In this document: piece after piece, positions 52,901 through 64,000 of the stretch
Layout: each line of letters starts with the position of its first letter
Position numbering within the stretch: position 1 is the stretch's first letter
Assembly: GCA_964057225.1 (NCBI GenBank)
Contig: OZ059899.1
Span: 4,154,001-4,218,000, forward strand
Reading direction: 5' to 3'
From: Auanema rhodensis
Lineage: Eukaryota > Animalia > Nematoda
DNA length: 64,000 nucleotides
Notes under the pieces: model-generated
Told to the model about the DNA's origin: nothing
The model's input: only the letters and a program-made list of their open reading frames with translations
Database searches by the model: none
Made by a program: the position numbers and the translations under genes

Positions 52901-55900
52901 AGTAAAGAACTTGAAGAATAAAACCAAAACTACTGTTGGAGATATGGGGAATCGAACCCCAGACTTCTCGCATGCAAAGCGAGCGCTCTACCCCTGAGCT
53001 ATATCCCCACATTCGACAAAGTCAATGACTGTGAGTTTGTTCAAACTTGAAGAACCTCTTGATCAGAAATTTTAGTTGTGAATATTAATTACCTAATCTA
53101 ATTTTTCTTTCAATCATTTTGTAAATCTCCTGAAAAAAAATATATAAAAGTAAAGAACTTGAAGAATAAAACCAAAACTACTGTTGGAGATATGGGGAAT
53201 CGAACCCCAGACTTCTCGCATGCAAAGCGAGCGCTCTACCCCTGAGCTATATCCCCACATTCGACAAAGTCAATGACTGTGAGTTTGTTCAAACTAGAAG
53301 AACCTCTTGATCAGAAATTTTAGTTGTGAATATTAATTTCCTAATCTAATTTTTCTTTCAATCATTTTGTAAATCTCCTGAAAAAAAATATAATAAAGTA
53401 AAGAACTTGAAGAATAAAACCAAAACTACTGTTTGAGATATGGGGAATCGAACCCCAGACCTCTCGCATGCAAAGCGAGCGCTCTACCCCTGAGCTATAT
53501 CCCCACATTCGACAGAATATATGACTGTGAGTTTGTTCAAACTTGAAGAACCTCTTGATCAAAAATTTTAGTTGTGAATATTAATTTCCTAATCTAATTT
53601 TTTTTTCAATCATTTTGTAAATCTCCTGAAAAAAAATATAGAAAAGTAAAGAACTTGAAGAATAAAACCAAAACTACTGTTGGAGATATGGGGAATCGAA
53701 CCCCAGACTTCTCGCATGCAAAGCGAGCGCTCTACCCCTGAGCTATATCCCCACATTCGACAGAATATATGACTGTGAGTTTGTTCAAACTTGAAGAACC
53801 TCTTGATCAGAAATTTTAGTTGTGAATATTAATTTCCTAATCTAATTTTTCTTTCAATCATTTTGTAAATCTCCTGAAAAAAAATATATAAAAGTAAAGA
53901 ACTTGAAGAATAAAACCAAAACTACTGTTGGAGATATGGGGAATCGAACCCCAGACTTCTCGCATGCAAAGCGAGCGCTCTACCCCTGAGCTATATCCCC
54001 ACATTCGACAGAATATATGACTGTGAGTTTGTTCAAACTTGAAGAACCTCTTGATCAAAAATTTTAGTTGTGAATATTAATCTCCTAATCTAATTTTTGT
54101 TTCAATCATTTTGTAAATCTCCTGAAAAAAAAAATAGAAAAGTAAAGAACTTGAAGAATAAAACCAAAACTACTGTTGGAGATATGGGGAATCGAACCCC
54201 AGACTTCTCGCATGCAAAGCGAGCGCTCTACCCCTGAGCTATATCCCCACATTCGACAGAATATATGACTGTGAGTTTGTTCAAACTTGAAGAACCTCTT
54301 GATCAAAAATTTTAGTTGTGAATATTAATCTCCTAATCTAATTTTTGTTTCAATCATTTTGTAAATCTCCTGAAAAAAAATATAGAAAAGTTAAGAACTC
54401 GAAGAATAAAACCAAAACTACTGTTGAAGATATGGGGAATTGAACCCCAGACTTCTCGCATGCGAAGCGAGCGCTCTACCCCTGAGCTATATCCCCACAT
54501 TCGACAGAGTTAATGACTGTGAGTTTGTTCAAACTTGAAGAACCTCTTGATCAGAAATTTTAGTTGTGAATATTAATTTCCTAACCTAATTTTTCTTTCA
54601 ATCATTTTGTAAATCTCCTGAAAAAAAATATATAAAAGTAAAGAACTTGAAGAATAAAACCAAAACTACTGTTGGAGATATGGGGAATCGAACCCCAGAC
54701 TTCTCGCATGCAAAGCGAGCGCTCTACCCCTGAGCTATATCCCCACATTCGACAGAATATATGACTGTGAGTTTGTTCAAACTTGAAAAACCTCTTGATC
54801 AAAAATTTTAGTTGTGAATATTAATCTCCTAATCTAATTTTTGTTTCAATCATTTTGTAAATCTCCTGAAAAAAAATATAGAAAAGTAAAGAACTTGAAG
54901 AATAAAACCAAAACTACTGTTGGAGATATGGGGAATCGAACCCCAGACTTCTCGCATGCAAAGCGAGCGCTCTACCCCTGAGCTATATCCGCACATTCGA
55001 CAGAGTTAATGACTGTGAGTTTGTTCAAACTTGAAGAACCTCTTGATCAAAAATTTTAGTTGTGAATATTAATTTCCTAATCTAATTTTTTTCAATCATT
55101 TTGTAAATCTCCTGAAAAAAAATATAGAAAAGTAAAGAACTTGAAGAATAAAACCAAAACTACTGTTGGAGATATGGGGAATCGAACCCCAGACTTCTCG
55201 CATGCAAAGCGAGCGCTCTACCCCTGAGCTATATCCCCACATTCGACATAATATATGACTGTGAGTTTGTTCAAGCTTGAAGAACCTCTTGATCAAAAAT
55301 TTTAGTTCTGAATATTAATTTCCTAATCTAATTTTTTTTTCAATCATTTTGTAAATCTCCTGAAAAAAAATATAGAAAAGTAAAGAACTTGAAGAATAAA
55401 ACCAAAACTACTGTTGGAGATATGGGGAATCGAACCCCAGACTTCTCGCATGCAAAGCGAGCGCTCTACCCCTGAGCTATATCCCCACATTCGACAGAAT
55501 ATATGACTGTGAGTTTGTTCAAACTTGAAGAACCTCTTGATCAAAAATTTTAGTTGTGAATATTAATCTCCTAATCTAATTTTTGTTTCAATCATTTTGT
55601 AAATCTCTTGAAAAAAATATAGAAAAGTAAAGAACTTGAAGAATAAAACCAAAACTACTGTTGGTGATATGGGGAATCGAACCCCAGACTTCTCGCATGC
55701 AAAGCGAGCGCTCTACCCCTGAGCTATATCCCTACATTCGACAGAATATATGACTGTGAGTTTGTTCAAACTTGAAGAACCTCTTGATCAAAAATTTTAG
55801 TTGTGAATATTAATCTCCTAATCTAATTTTTGTTTCAATCATTTTGTAAATCTCTTGAAAAAAATATAGAAAAGTAAAGAACTTGAAGAATAAAACCAAA

Positions 55901-58900
55901 ACTACTGTTGGAGATATGGGGAATCGAACCCCAGACTTCTCGCATGCAAAGCGAGCGCTCTACCCCTGAGCTATATCCCCACATTCGACAAAGTCAATGA
56001 CTGTGAGTTTGTTCAAACTTGAAGAACCTCTTGATCAGAAATTTTAGTTGTGAATATTAATTACCTAATCTAATTTTTCTTTCAATCATTTTGTAAATCT
56101 CCTGAAAAAAAATATATAAAAGTAAAGAACTTGAAGAATAAAACCAAAACTACTGTTGGAGATATGGGGAATCGAACCCCAGACTTCTCGCATGCAAAGC
56201 GAGCGCTCTACCCCTGAGCTATATCCCCACATTCGACAAAGTCAATGACTGTGAGTTTGTTCAAACTAGAAGAACCTCTTGATCAGAAATTTTAGTTGTG
56301 AATATTAATTTCCTAATCTAATTTTTCTTTCAATCATTTTGTAAATCTCCTGAAAAAAAATATATAAAAGTAAAGAACTTGAAGAATAAAACCAAAACTA
56401 CTGTTTGAGATATGGGGAATCGAACCCCAGACCTCTCGCATGCAAAGCGAGCGCTCTACCCCTGAGCTATATCCCCACATTCGACAGAATATATGACTGT
56501 GAGTTTGTTCAAACTTGAAGAACCTCTTGATCAGAAATTTTAGTTGTGAATATTAATTTCCTAATCTAATTTTTCTTTCAATCATTTTGTAAATCTCCTG
56601 AAAAAAAATATATAAAAGTAAAGAACTTGAAGAATAAAACCAAAACTACTGTTGGAGATATGGGGAATCGAACCCCAGACTTCTCGCATGCAAAGCGAGC
56701 GCTCTACCCCTGAGCTATATCCCCACATTCGACAGAATATATGACTGTGAGTTTGTTCAAACTTGAAGAACCTCTTGATCAAAAATTTTAGTTGTGAATA
56801 TTAATCTCCTAATCTAATTTTTGTTTCAATCATTTTGTAAATCTCCTGAAAAAAAATATAGAAAAGTAAAGAACTTGAAGAATAAAACCAAAACTACTGT
56901 TGGAGATATGGGGAATCGAACCCCAGACTTCTCGCATGCAAAGCGAGCGCTCTACCCCTGAGCTATATCCGCACATTCGACAGAGTTAATGACTGTGAGT
57001 TTGTTCAAACTTGAAGAACCTCTTGATCAAAAATTTTAGTTGTGAATATTAATTTCCTAATCTAATTTTTTTTTCAATCATTTTGTAAATCTCCTGAAGA
57101 AAAATATAGAAAAGTAAAGAACTTGAAGAATAAAACCAAAACTACTGTTGGAGATATGGGGAATCGAACCCCAGACTTTTCGCATGCAAAGCGAGCGCTC
57201 TACCCCTGAGCTATATCCCCACATTCGACAGAATATATGACTGTGAGTTTGTTCAAACTTGAAGAACCTCTTGATCAGAAATTTTAGTTGTGAATATTAA
57301 TTTCCTAATCTAATTTTTCTTTCAATCATTTTGTAAATCTCCTGAAAAAAAATATATAAAAGTAAAGAACTTGAAGAATAAAACCAAAACTACTGTTGGA
57401 GATATGGGGAATCGAACCCCAGACTTCTCGCATGCAAAGCGAGCGCTCTACCCCTGAGCTATATCCCCACATTCGACAGAATATATGACTGTGAGTTTGT
57501 TCAAACTTGAAGAACCTCTTGATCAAAAATTTTAGTTGTGAATATTAATCTCCTAATCTAATTTTTGTTTCAATCATTTTGTAAATCTCCTGAAAAAAAA
57601 AATAGAAAAGTAAAGAACTTGAAGAATAAAACCAAAACTACTGTTGGAGATATGGGGAATCGAACCCCAGACTTCTCGCATGCAAAGCGAGCGCTCTACC
57701 CCTGAGCTATATCCCCACATTCGACAGAATATATGACTGTGAGTTTGTTCAAACTTGAAGAACCTCTTGATCAAAAATTTTAGTTGTGAATATTAATCTC
57801 CTAATCTAATTTTTGTTTCAATCATTTTGTAAATCTCCTGAAAAAAAATATAGAAAAGTTAAGAACTCGAAGAATAAAACCAAAACTACTGTTGAAGATA
57901 TGGGGAATTGAACCCCAGACTTCTCGCATGCGAAGCGAGCGCTCTACCCCTGAGCTATATCCCCACATTCGACAGAGTTAATGACTGTGAGTTTGTTCAA
58001 ACTTGAAGAACCTCTTGATCAAAAATTTTAGTTGTGAATATTAATTTCCTAATCTAATTTTTCTTCCAATCATTTTGTAAATTTCCTGAAAAAAAATATA
58101 GAAAAGTAAAGAACTTGAAGAATAAAACCAAAACTACTGTTGGAGATATGGGGAATCGAACCCCAGACTTCTCGCATGCAAAGCGAGCGCTCTACCCCTG
58201 AGCTATATCCCCACATTCGACAGAGTTAATGACTGTGAGTTTGTTCAAACTTGAAAAACCTCTTGATCAAAAATTTTAGTTGTGAATATTAATTTCCTAA
58301 TCTAATTTTTCTTTCAATCATTTTGTAAATTTCCTGAAAAAAAATTTATAAAAGTAAAGAACTTGAAGAATAAAACCAAAACTACTGTTGGAGATATGGG
58401 GAATCGAACCCCAGACTTCTCGCATGCAAAGCGAGCGCTCTACCCCTGAGCTATATCCCCACATTCGACAGAGTTAATGACTGTGAGTTTGTTCAAACTT
58501 GAAGAACCTCTTGATCAAAAATTTTAGTTGTGAATATTAATCTCCTAATCTAATTTTTGTTTCAATCATTTTGTAAATCTCCTGAAAAAAAATATAGAAA
58601 AGTTAAGAACTCGAAGAATAAAACCAAAACTACTGTTGAAGATATGGAGAATTGAACCCCAGACTTCTCGCATGCAAAGCGAGCGCTCTACCCCTGAGCT
58701 ATATCCCCACATTCGACAAAGTCAATGACTGTGAGTTTGTTCAAACTTGAAGAACCTCTTGATCAGAAATTTTAGTTGTGATTATTAATTTCCTAATCTA
58801 ATTTTTCTTTCAATCATTTTGTGAATCTCCTGAAAAAAAATATATAAAAGTAAAGAACTTGAAGAATAAAACCAAAACTACTGTTGGAGATATGGGGAAT

Positions 58901-61900
58901 CGAACCCCAGACTTCTCGCATGCAAAGCGAGCGCTCTACCCCTGAGCTATATCCCCACATTCGACAGAATATATGACTGTGAGTTTGTTCAAACTTGAAG
59001 AACCTCTTGATCAAAAATTTTAGTTGTGAATATTAATCTCCTAATCTAATTTTTGTTTCAATCATTTTGTAAATCTCCTGAAAAAAAAAATAGAAAAGTA
59101 AAGAACTTGAAGAATAAAACCAAAACTACTGTTGGAGATATGGGGAATCGAACCCCAGACTTCTCGCATGCAAAGCAAGCGCTCTACCCCTGAGCTATAT
59201 CCCCAGATTCGACAGAATATATGACTGTGAGTTTGTTCAAACTTGAAGAACCTCTTGATCAAAAATTTTAGTTGTGAATATTAATCTCCTAATCTAATTT
59301 TTGTTTCAATCATTTTGTAAATCTCCTGAAAAAAATATAGAAAAGTTAAGAACTCGAAGAATAAAACCAAAACTACTGTTGAAGATATGGGGAATTGAAC
59401 CCCAGACTTCTCGCATGCGAAGCGAGCGCTCTACCCCTGAGCTATATCCCCACATTCGACAGAGTTAATGACTGTGAGTTTGTTCAAACTTGAAGAACCT
59501 CTTGATCAAAAATTTTAGTTGTGAATATTAATTTCCTAATCTAATTTTTCTTCCAATCATTTTGTAAATTTCCTGAAAAAAAATATAGAAAAGTAAAGAA
59601 CTTGAAGAATAAAACCAAAACTACTGTTGGAGATATGGGGAATCGAACCCCAGACTTCTCGCATGCAAAGCGAGCGCTCTACCCCTGAGCTATATCCCCA
59701 CATTCGACAGAGTTAATGACTGTGAGTTTGTTCAAACTTGAAAAACCTCTTGATCAAAAATTTTAGTTGTGAATATTAATTTCCTAATCTAATTTTTCTT
59801 TCAATCATTTTGTAAATTTCCTGAAAAAAAATTTATAAAAGTAAAGAACTTGAAGAATAAAACCAAAACTACTGTTGGAGATATGGGGAATCGAACCCCA
59901 GACTTCTCGCATGCAAAGCGAGCGCTCTACCCCTGAGCTATATCCCCACATTCGACAGAGTTAATGACTGTGAGTTTGTTCAAACTTGAAGAACCTCTTG
60001 ATCAAAAATTTTAGTTGTGAATATTAATCTCCTAATCTAATTTTTGTTTCAATCATTTTGTAAATCTCCTGAAAAAAAATATAGAAAAGTTAAGAACTCG
60101 AAGAATAAAACCAAAACTACTGTTGAAGATATGGAGAATTGAACCCCAGACTTCTCGCATGCAAAGCGAGCGCTCTACCCCTGAGCTATATCCCCACATT
60201 CGACAAAGTCAATGACTGTGAGTTTGTTCAAACTTGAAGAACCTCTTGATCAGAAATTTTAGTTGTGATTATTAATTTCCTAATCTAATTTTTCTTTCAA
60301 TCATTTTGTGAATCTCCTGAAAAAAAATATATAAAAGTAAAGAACTTGAAGAATAAAACCAAAACTACTGTTGGAGATATGGGGAATCGAACCCCAGACT
60401 TCTCGCATGCAAAGCGAGCGCTCTACCCCTGAGCTATATCCCCACATTCGACAGAATATATGACTGTGAGTTTGTTCAAACTTGAAGAACCTCTTGATCA
60501 GAAATTTTAGTTGTGAATATTAATTTCCTAATCTAATTTTTCTTTCAATCATTTTGTAAATCGCCTGGAAAAAAATATATAAAAGTAAAGAACTTGAAGA
60601 ATAAAACCAAAACTACTGTTGGAGATATGGGGAATCGAACCCCAGACTTCTCGCATGCAAAGCGAGCGCTCTACCCCTGAGCTATATTCCCACATTCGAC
60701 AGAAAATATGACTGTGAGTTTGTTCAAACTTGAAAAACCTCTTGATCAAAAATTTTAGTTGTGAATATTAATCTCCTAATCTAATTTTTGTTTCAATCAT
60801 TTTGTAAATCTCCTGAAAAAAAATATAGAAAAGTAAAGAACTTGAAGAATAAAACCAAAACTACTGTTAGAGATATGGGGAATCGAACCCCAGACTTCTC
60901 GCATGCAAAGCGAGCGCTCTACCCCTGAGCTATATCCGCACATTCGACAGAGTTAATGACTGTGAGTTTGTTCAAACTTGAAGAACCTCTTGATCAAAAA
61001 TTTTAGTTGTGAATATTAATTTCCTAATCTAATTTTTTTTTCAATTATTTTGTAAATCTCCTGAAAAAAAATATAGAAAAGTAAAGAACTTGAAGAATAA
61101 AACCAAAACTACTGTTGGAGATATGGGGAATCGAACCCCAGACTTCTCGCATGCAAAGCGAGCGCTCTACTCCTGAGCTATATCCCCACATTCGACAGAA
61201 TATATGACTGTGAGTTTGTTCAAACTTGAAGAACCTCTTGATCAAAAATTTTAGTTGTGAATATTAATTTCCTAATCTAATTTTTTTTTCAATCATTTTG
61301 TAAATCTCCTGAAAAAAAATATAGAAAAGTAAAGAACTTGAAGAATAAAACCAAAACTACTGTTGGAGATATGGGGAATCGAACCCCAGACTTCTCGCAT
61401 GCAAAGCGAGCGCTCTACCCCTGAGCTATATCCCCACATTCGACAGAATATATGACTGTGAGTTTGTTCAAACTTGAAGAACCTCTTGATCAAAAATTTT
61501 AGTTGTGAATATTAATCTCCTAATCTAATTTTTGTTTCAATCATTTTGTAAATCTCTTGAAAAAAATATAGAAAAGTAAAGAACTTGAAGAATAAAACCA
61601 AAACTACTGTTGGTGATATGGGGAATCGAACCCCAGACTTCTCGCATGCAAAGCGAGCGCTCTACCCCTGAGCTATATCCCCACATTCGACAGAATATAT
61701 GACTGTGAGTTTGTTCAAACTTGAAGAACCTCTTGATCAAAAATTTTAGTTGTGAATATTAATCTCCTAATCTAATTTTTGTTTCAATCATTTTGTAAAT
61801 CTCTTGAAAAAAATATAGAAAAGTAAAGAACTTGAAGAATAAAACCAAAACTACTGTTGGTGATATGGGGAATCGAACCCCAGACTTCTCGCATGCAAAG

Positions 61901-64000
61901 CGAGCGCTCTACCCCTGAGCTATATCCCCACATTCGACAGAATATATGACTGTGAGTTTGTTCAAACTTGAAGAACCTCTTGATCAAAAATTTTAGTTGT
62001 GAATATTAATCTCCTAATCTAATTTTTGTTTCAATCATTTTGTAAATCTCTTGAAAAAAATATAGAAAAGTAAAGAACTTGAAGAATAAAACCAAAACTA
62101 CTGTTGGTGATATGGGGAATCGAACCCCAGACTTCTCGCATGCAAAGCGAGCGCTCTACCCCTGAGCTATATCCCCACATTCGACAGAATATATGACTGT
62201 GAGTTTGTTCAAACTTGAAGAACCTCTTGATCAAAAATTTTAGTTGTGAATATTAATCTCCTAATCTAATTTTTGTTTCAATCATTTTGTAAATCTCTTG
62301 AAAAAAATATAGAAAAGTAAAGAACTTGAAGAATAAAACCAAAACTACTGTTGGAGATATGGGGAATCGAACCCCAGACTTCTCGCATGCAAAGCGAGCG
62401 CTCTACCCCTGAGCTATATCCCCACATTCGACAAAGTCAATGACTGTGAGTTTGTTCAAACTTGAAGAACTTCTTGATCAGAAATTTTAGTTGTGAATAT
62501 TAATTACCTAATCTAATTTTTCTTTCAATCATTTTGTAAATCTCCTGAAAAAAAATATATAAAAGTAAAGAACTTGAAGAATAAAACCAAAACTACTGTT
62601 GGAGATATGGGGAATCGAACCCCAGACTTCTCGCATGCAAAGCGAGCGCTCTACCCCTGAGCTATATCCCCACATTCGACAAAGTCAATGACTGTGAGTT
62701 TGTTCAAACTAGAAGAACCTCTTGATCAGAAATTTTAGTTGTGAATATTAATTTCCTAATCTAATTTTTCTTTCAGTCATTTTGTAAATCTCCTGAAAAA
62801 AAATATATAAAAGTAAAGAACTTGAAGAATAAAACCAAAACTACTGTTTGAGATATGGGGAATCGAACCCCAGACCTCTCGCATGCAAAGCGAGCGCTCT
62901 ACCCCTGAGCTATATCCCCACATTCGACAGAATATATGACTGTGAGTTTGTTCAAACTTGAAGAACCTCTTGATCAGAAATTTTAGTTGTGAATATTAAT
63001 TTCCTAATCTAATTTTTCTTTCAATCATTTTGTAAATCTCCTGAAAAAAAATATATAAAAGTAAAGAACTTGAAGAATAAAACCAAAACTACTGTTGGAG
63101 ATATGGGGAATCGAACCCCAGACTTCTCGCATGCAAAGCGAGCGCTCTACCCCTGAGCTATATCCCCACATTCGACAGAATATATGACTGTGAGTTTGTT
63201 CAAACTTGAAGAACCTCTTGATCAAAAATTTTAGTTGTGAATATTAATCTCGTAATCTAATTTTTGTTTCAATCATTTTGTAAATCTCTCGAAAAAAATA
63301 TAGAAAAGTAAAGAACTTGAAGAATAAAACCAAAACTACTGTTGGAGATATGGGGAATCGAACCCCAGACTTCTCGCATGCAAAGCGAGCGCTCTACCCC
63401 TGAGCTATATCCCCACATTCGACAGAATATATGACTGTGAGTTTGTTCAAACTTGAAGAACCTCTTGATCAAAAATTTTAGTTGTGAATATTAATCTCCT
63501 AATCTAATTTTTGTTTCAATCATTTTGTAAATCTCCTGAAAAAAAATATAGAAAAGTAAAGAACTTGAAGAATAAAACCAAAACTACTGTTGGAGATATG
63601 GGGAATCGAACCCCAGACTTCTCGCATGCAAAGCGAGCGCTCTACCCCTGAGCTATATCCGCACATTCGACAGAGTTAATGACTGTGAGTTTGTTCAAAC
63701 TTGAAGAACCTCTTGATCAAAAATTTTAGTTGTGAATATTAATTTCCTAATCTAATTTTTTTTTCAATCATTTTGTAAATCTCCTGAAAAAAAATATAGA
63801 AAAGTAAAGAACTTGAAGAATAAAACCAAAACTACTGTTGGAGATATGGGGAATCGAACCCCAGACTTCTCGCATGCAAAGCGAGCGCTCTACCCCTGAG
63901 CTATATCCCCACATTCGACAGAATATATGACTGTGAGTTTGTTCAAACTTGAAGAACCTCTTGATCAAAAATTTTAGTTGTGAATATTAATCTCCTAATC
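37988..64000 (-). tRNA. tRNA-Ala: Tandem tRNA-Ala gene array, right segment (~105 genes, first 38077-38148, last 63839-63910), continues past the right edge
   Basis: Same 247-248-bp unit resumes in register after the TSD. Copy number is estimated from length divided by period. Confidence 0.96.
50709..50780 (-). tRNA. tRNA-Ala-CGC: tRNA-Ala(CGC) haplotype (also 51453-51524, 54425-54496, 57893-57964, 59380-59451)
   Basis: CGC anticodon linked to T-loop TTCAA, C71>T and two 3'-flank changes in all five copies. Confidence 0.82.

Noticed and set aside
22950-63968. Dozens of near-identical 66-67 aa ORFs (MIKRFFKFEQ...)
   Set aside because: They are read-throughs of the tRNA unit, start at TTG, and are gained or lost with neutral spacer variants.
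22790-64000. CRISPR-like repeat/spacer periodicity
   Set aside because: The spacers are near-identical rather than unique, the conserved part is a tRNA, no cas genes are present, and the context is eukaryotic.

Overview
Eukaryotic, AT-rich repeat region, probably from a nematode (inferred from the tRNA sequence only). It has three parts. (1) 1-~22780: about 65 copies of a palindrome-rich 351-bp satellite with higher-order structure. (2) ~22790-64000: a 248-bp tandem array of roughly 120-125 minus-strand tRNA-Ala genes, mostly anticodon TGC with a minor CGC class and several acceptor-stem mutants. (3) Two LTR-type insertions at almost the same spacer position, ~87-92 bp upstream of a tRNA gene: a 337-bp probable solo LTR (23680-24016) and a very recent 10.1-kb Ty3/Gypsy element (27850-37987, minus strand). 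The full element is the highlight because its gene order is gag - ENV - pol. A herpes-gB-like class III fusion glycoprotein (signal peptide, two furin sites, TM anchor, PTAP motif) lies upstream of, and in frame with, protease-RT-RNaseH-integrase. Gag joins this ORF through a +1 frame offset at an A9-TAA site. The element has a tRNA-Gln PBS, TG...CG LTR ends and a 4-bp TSD. The many 66-aa ORFs are artefacts of the tRNA repeat.
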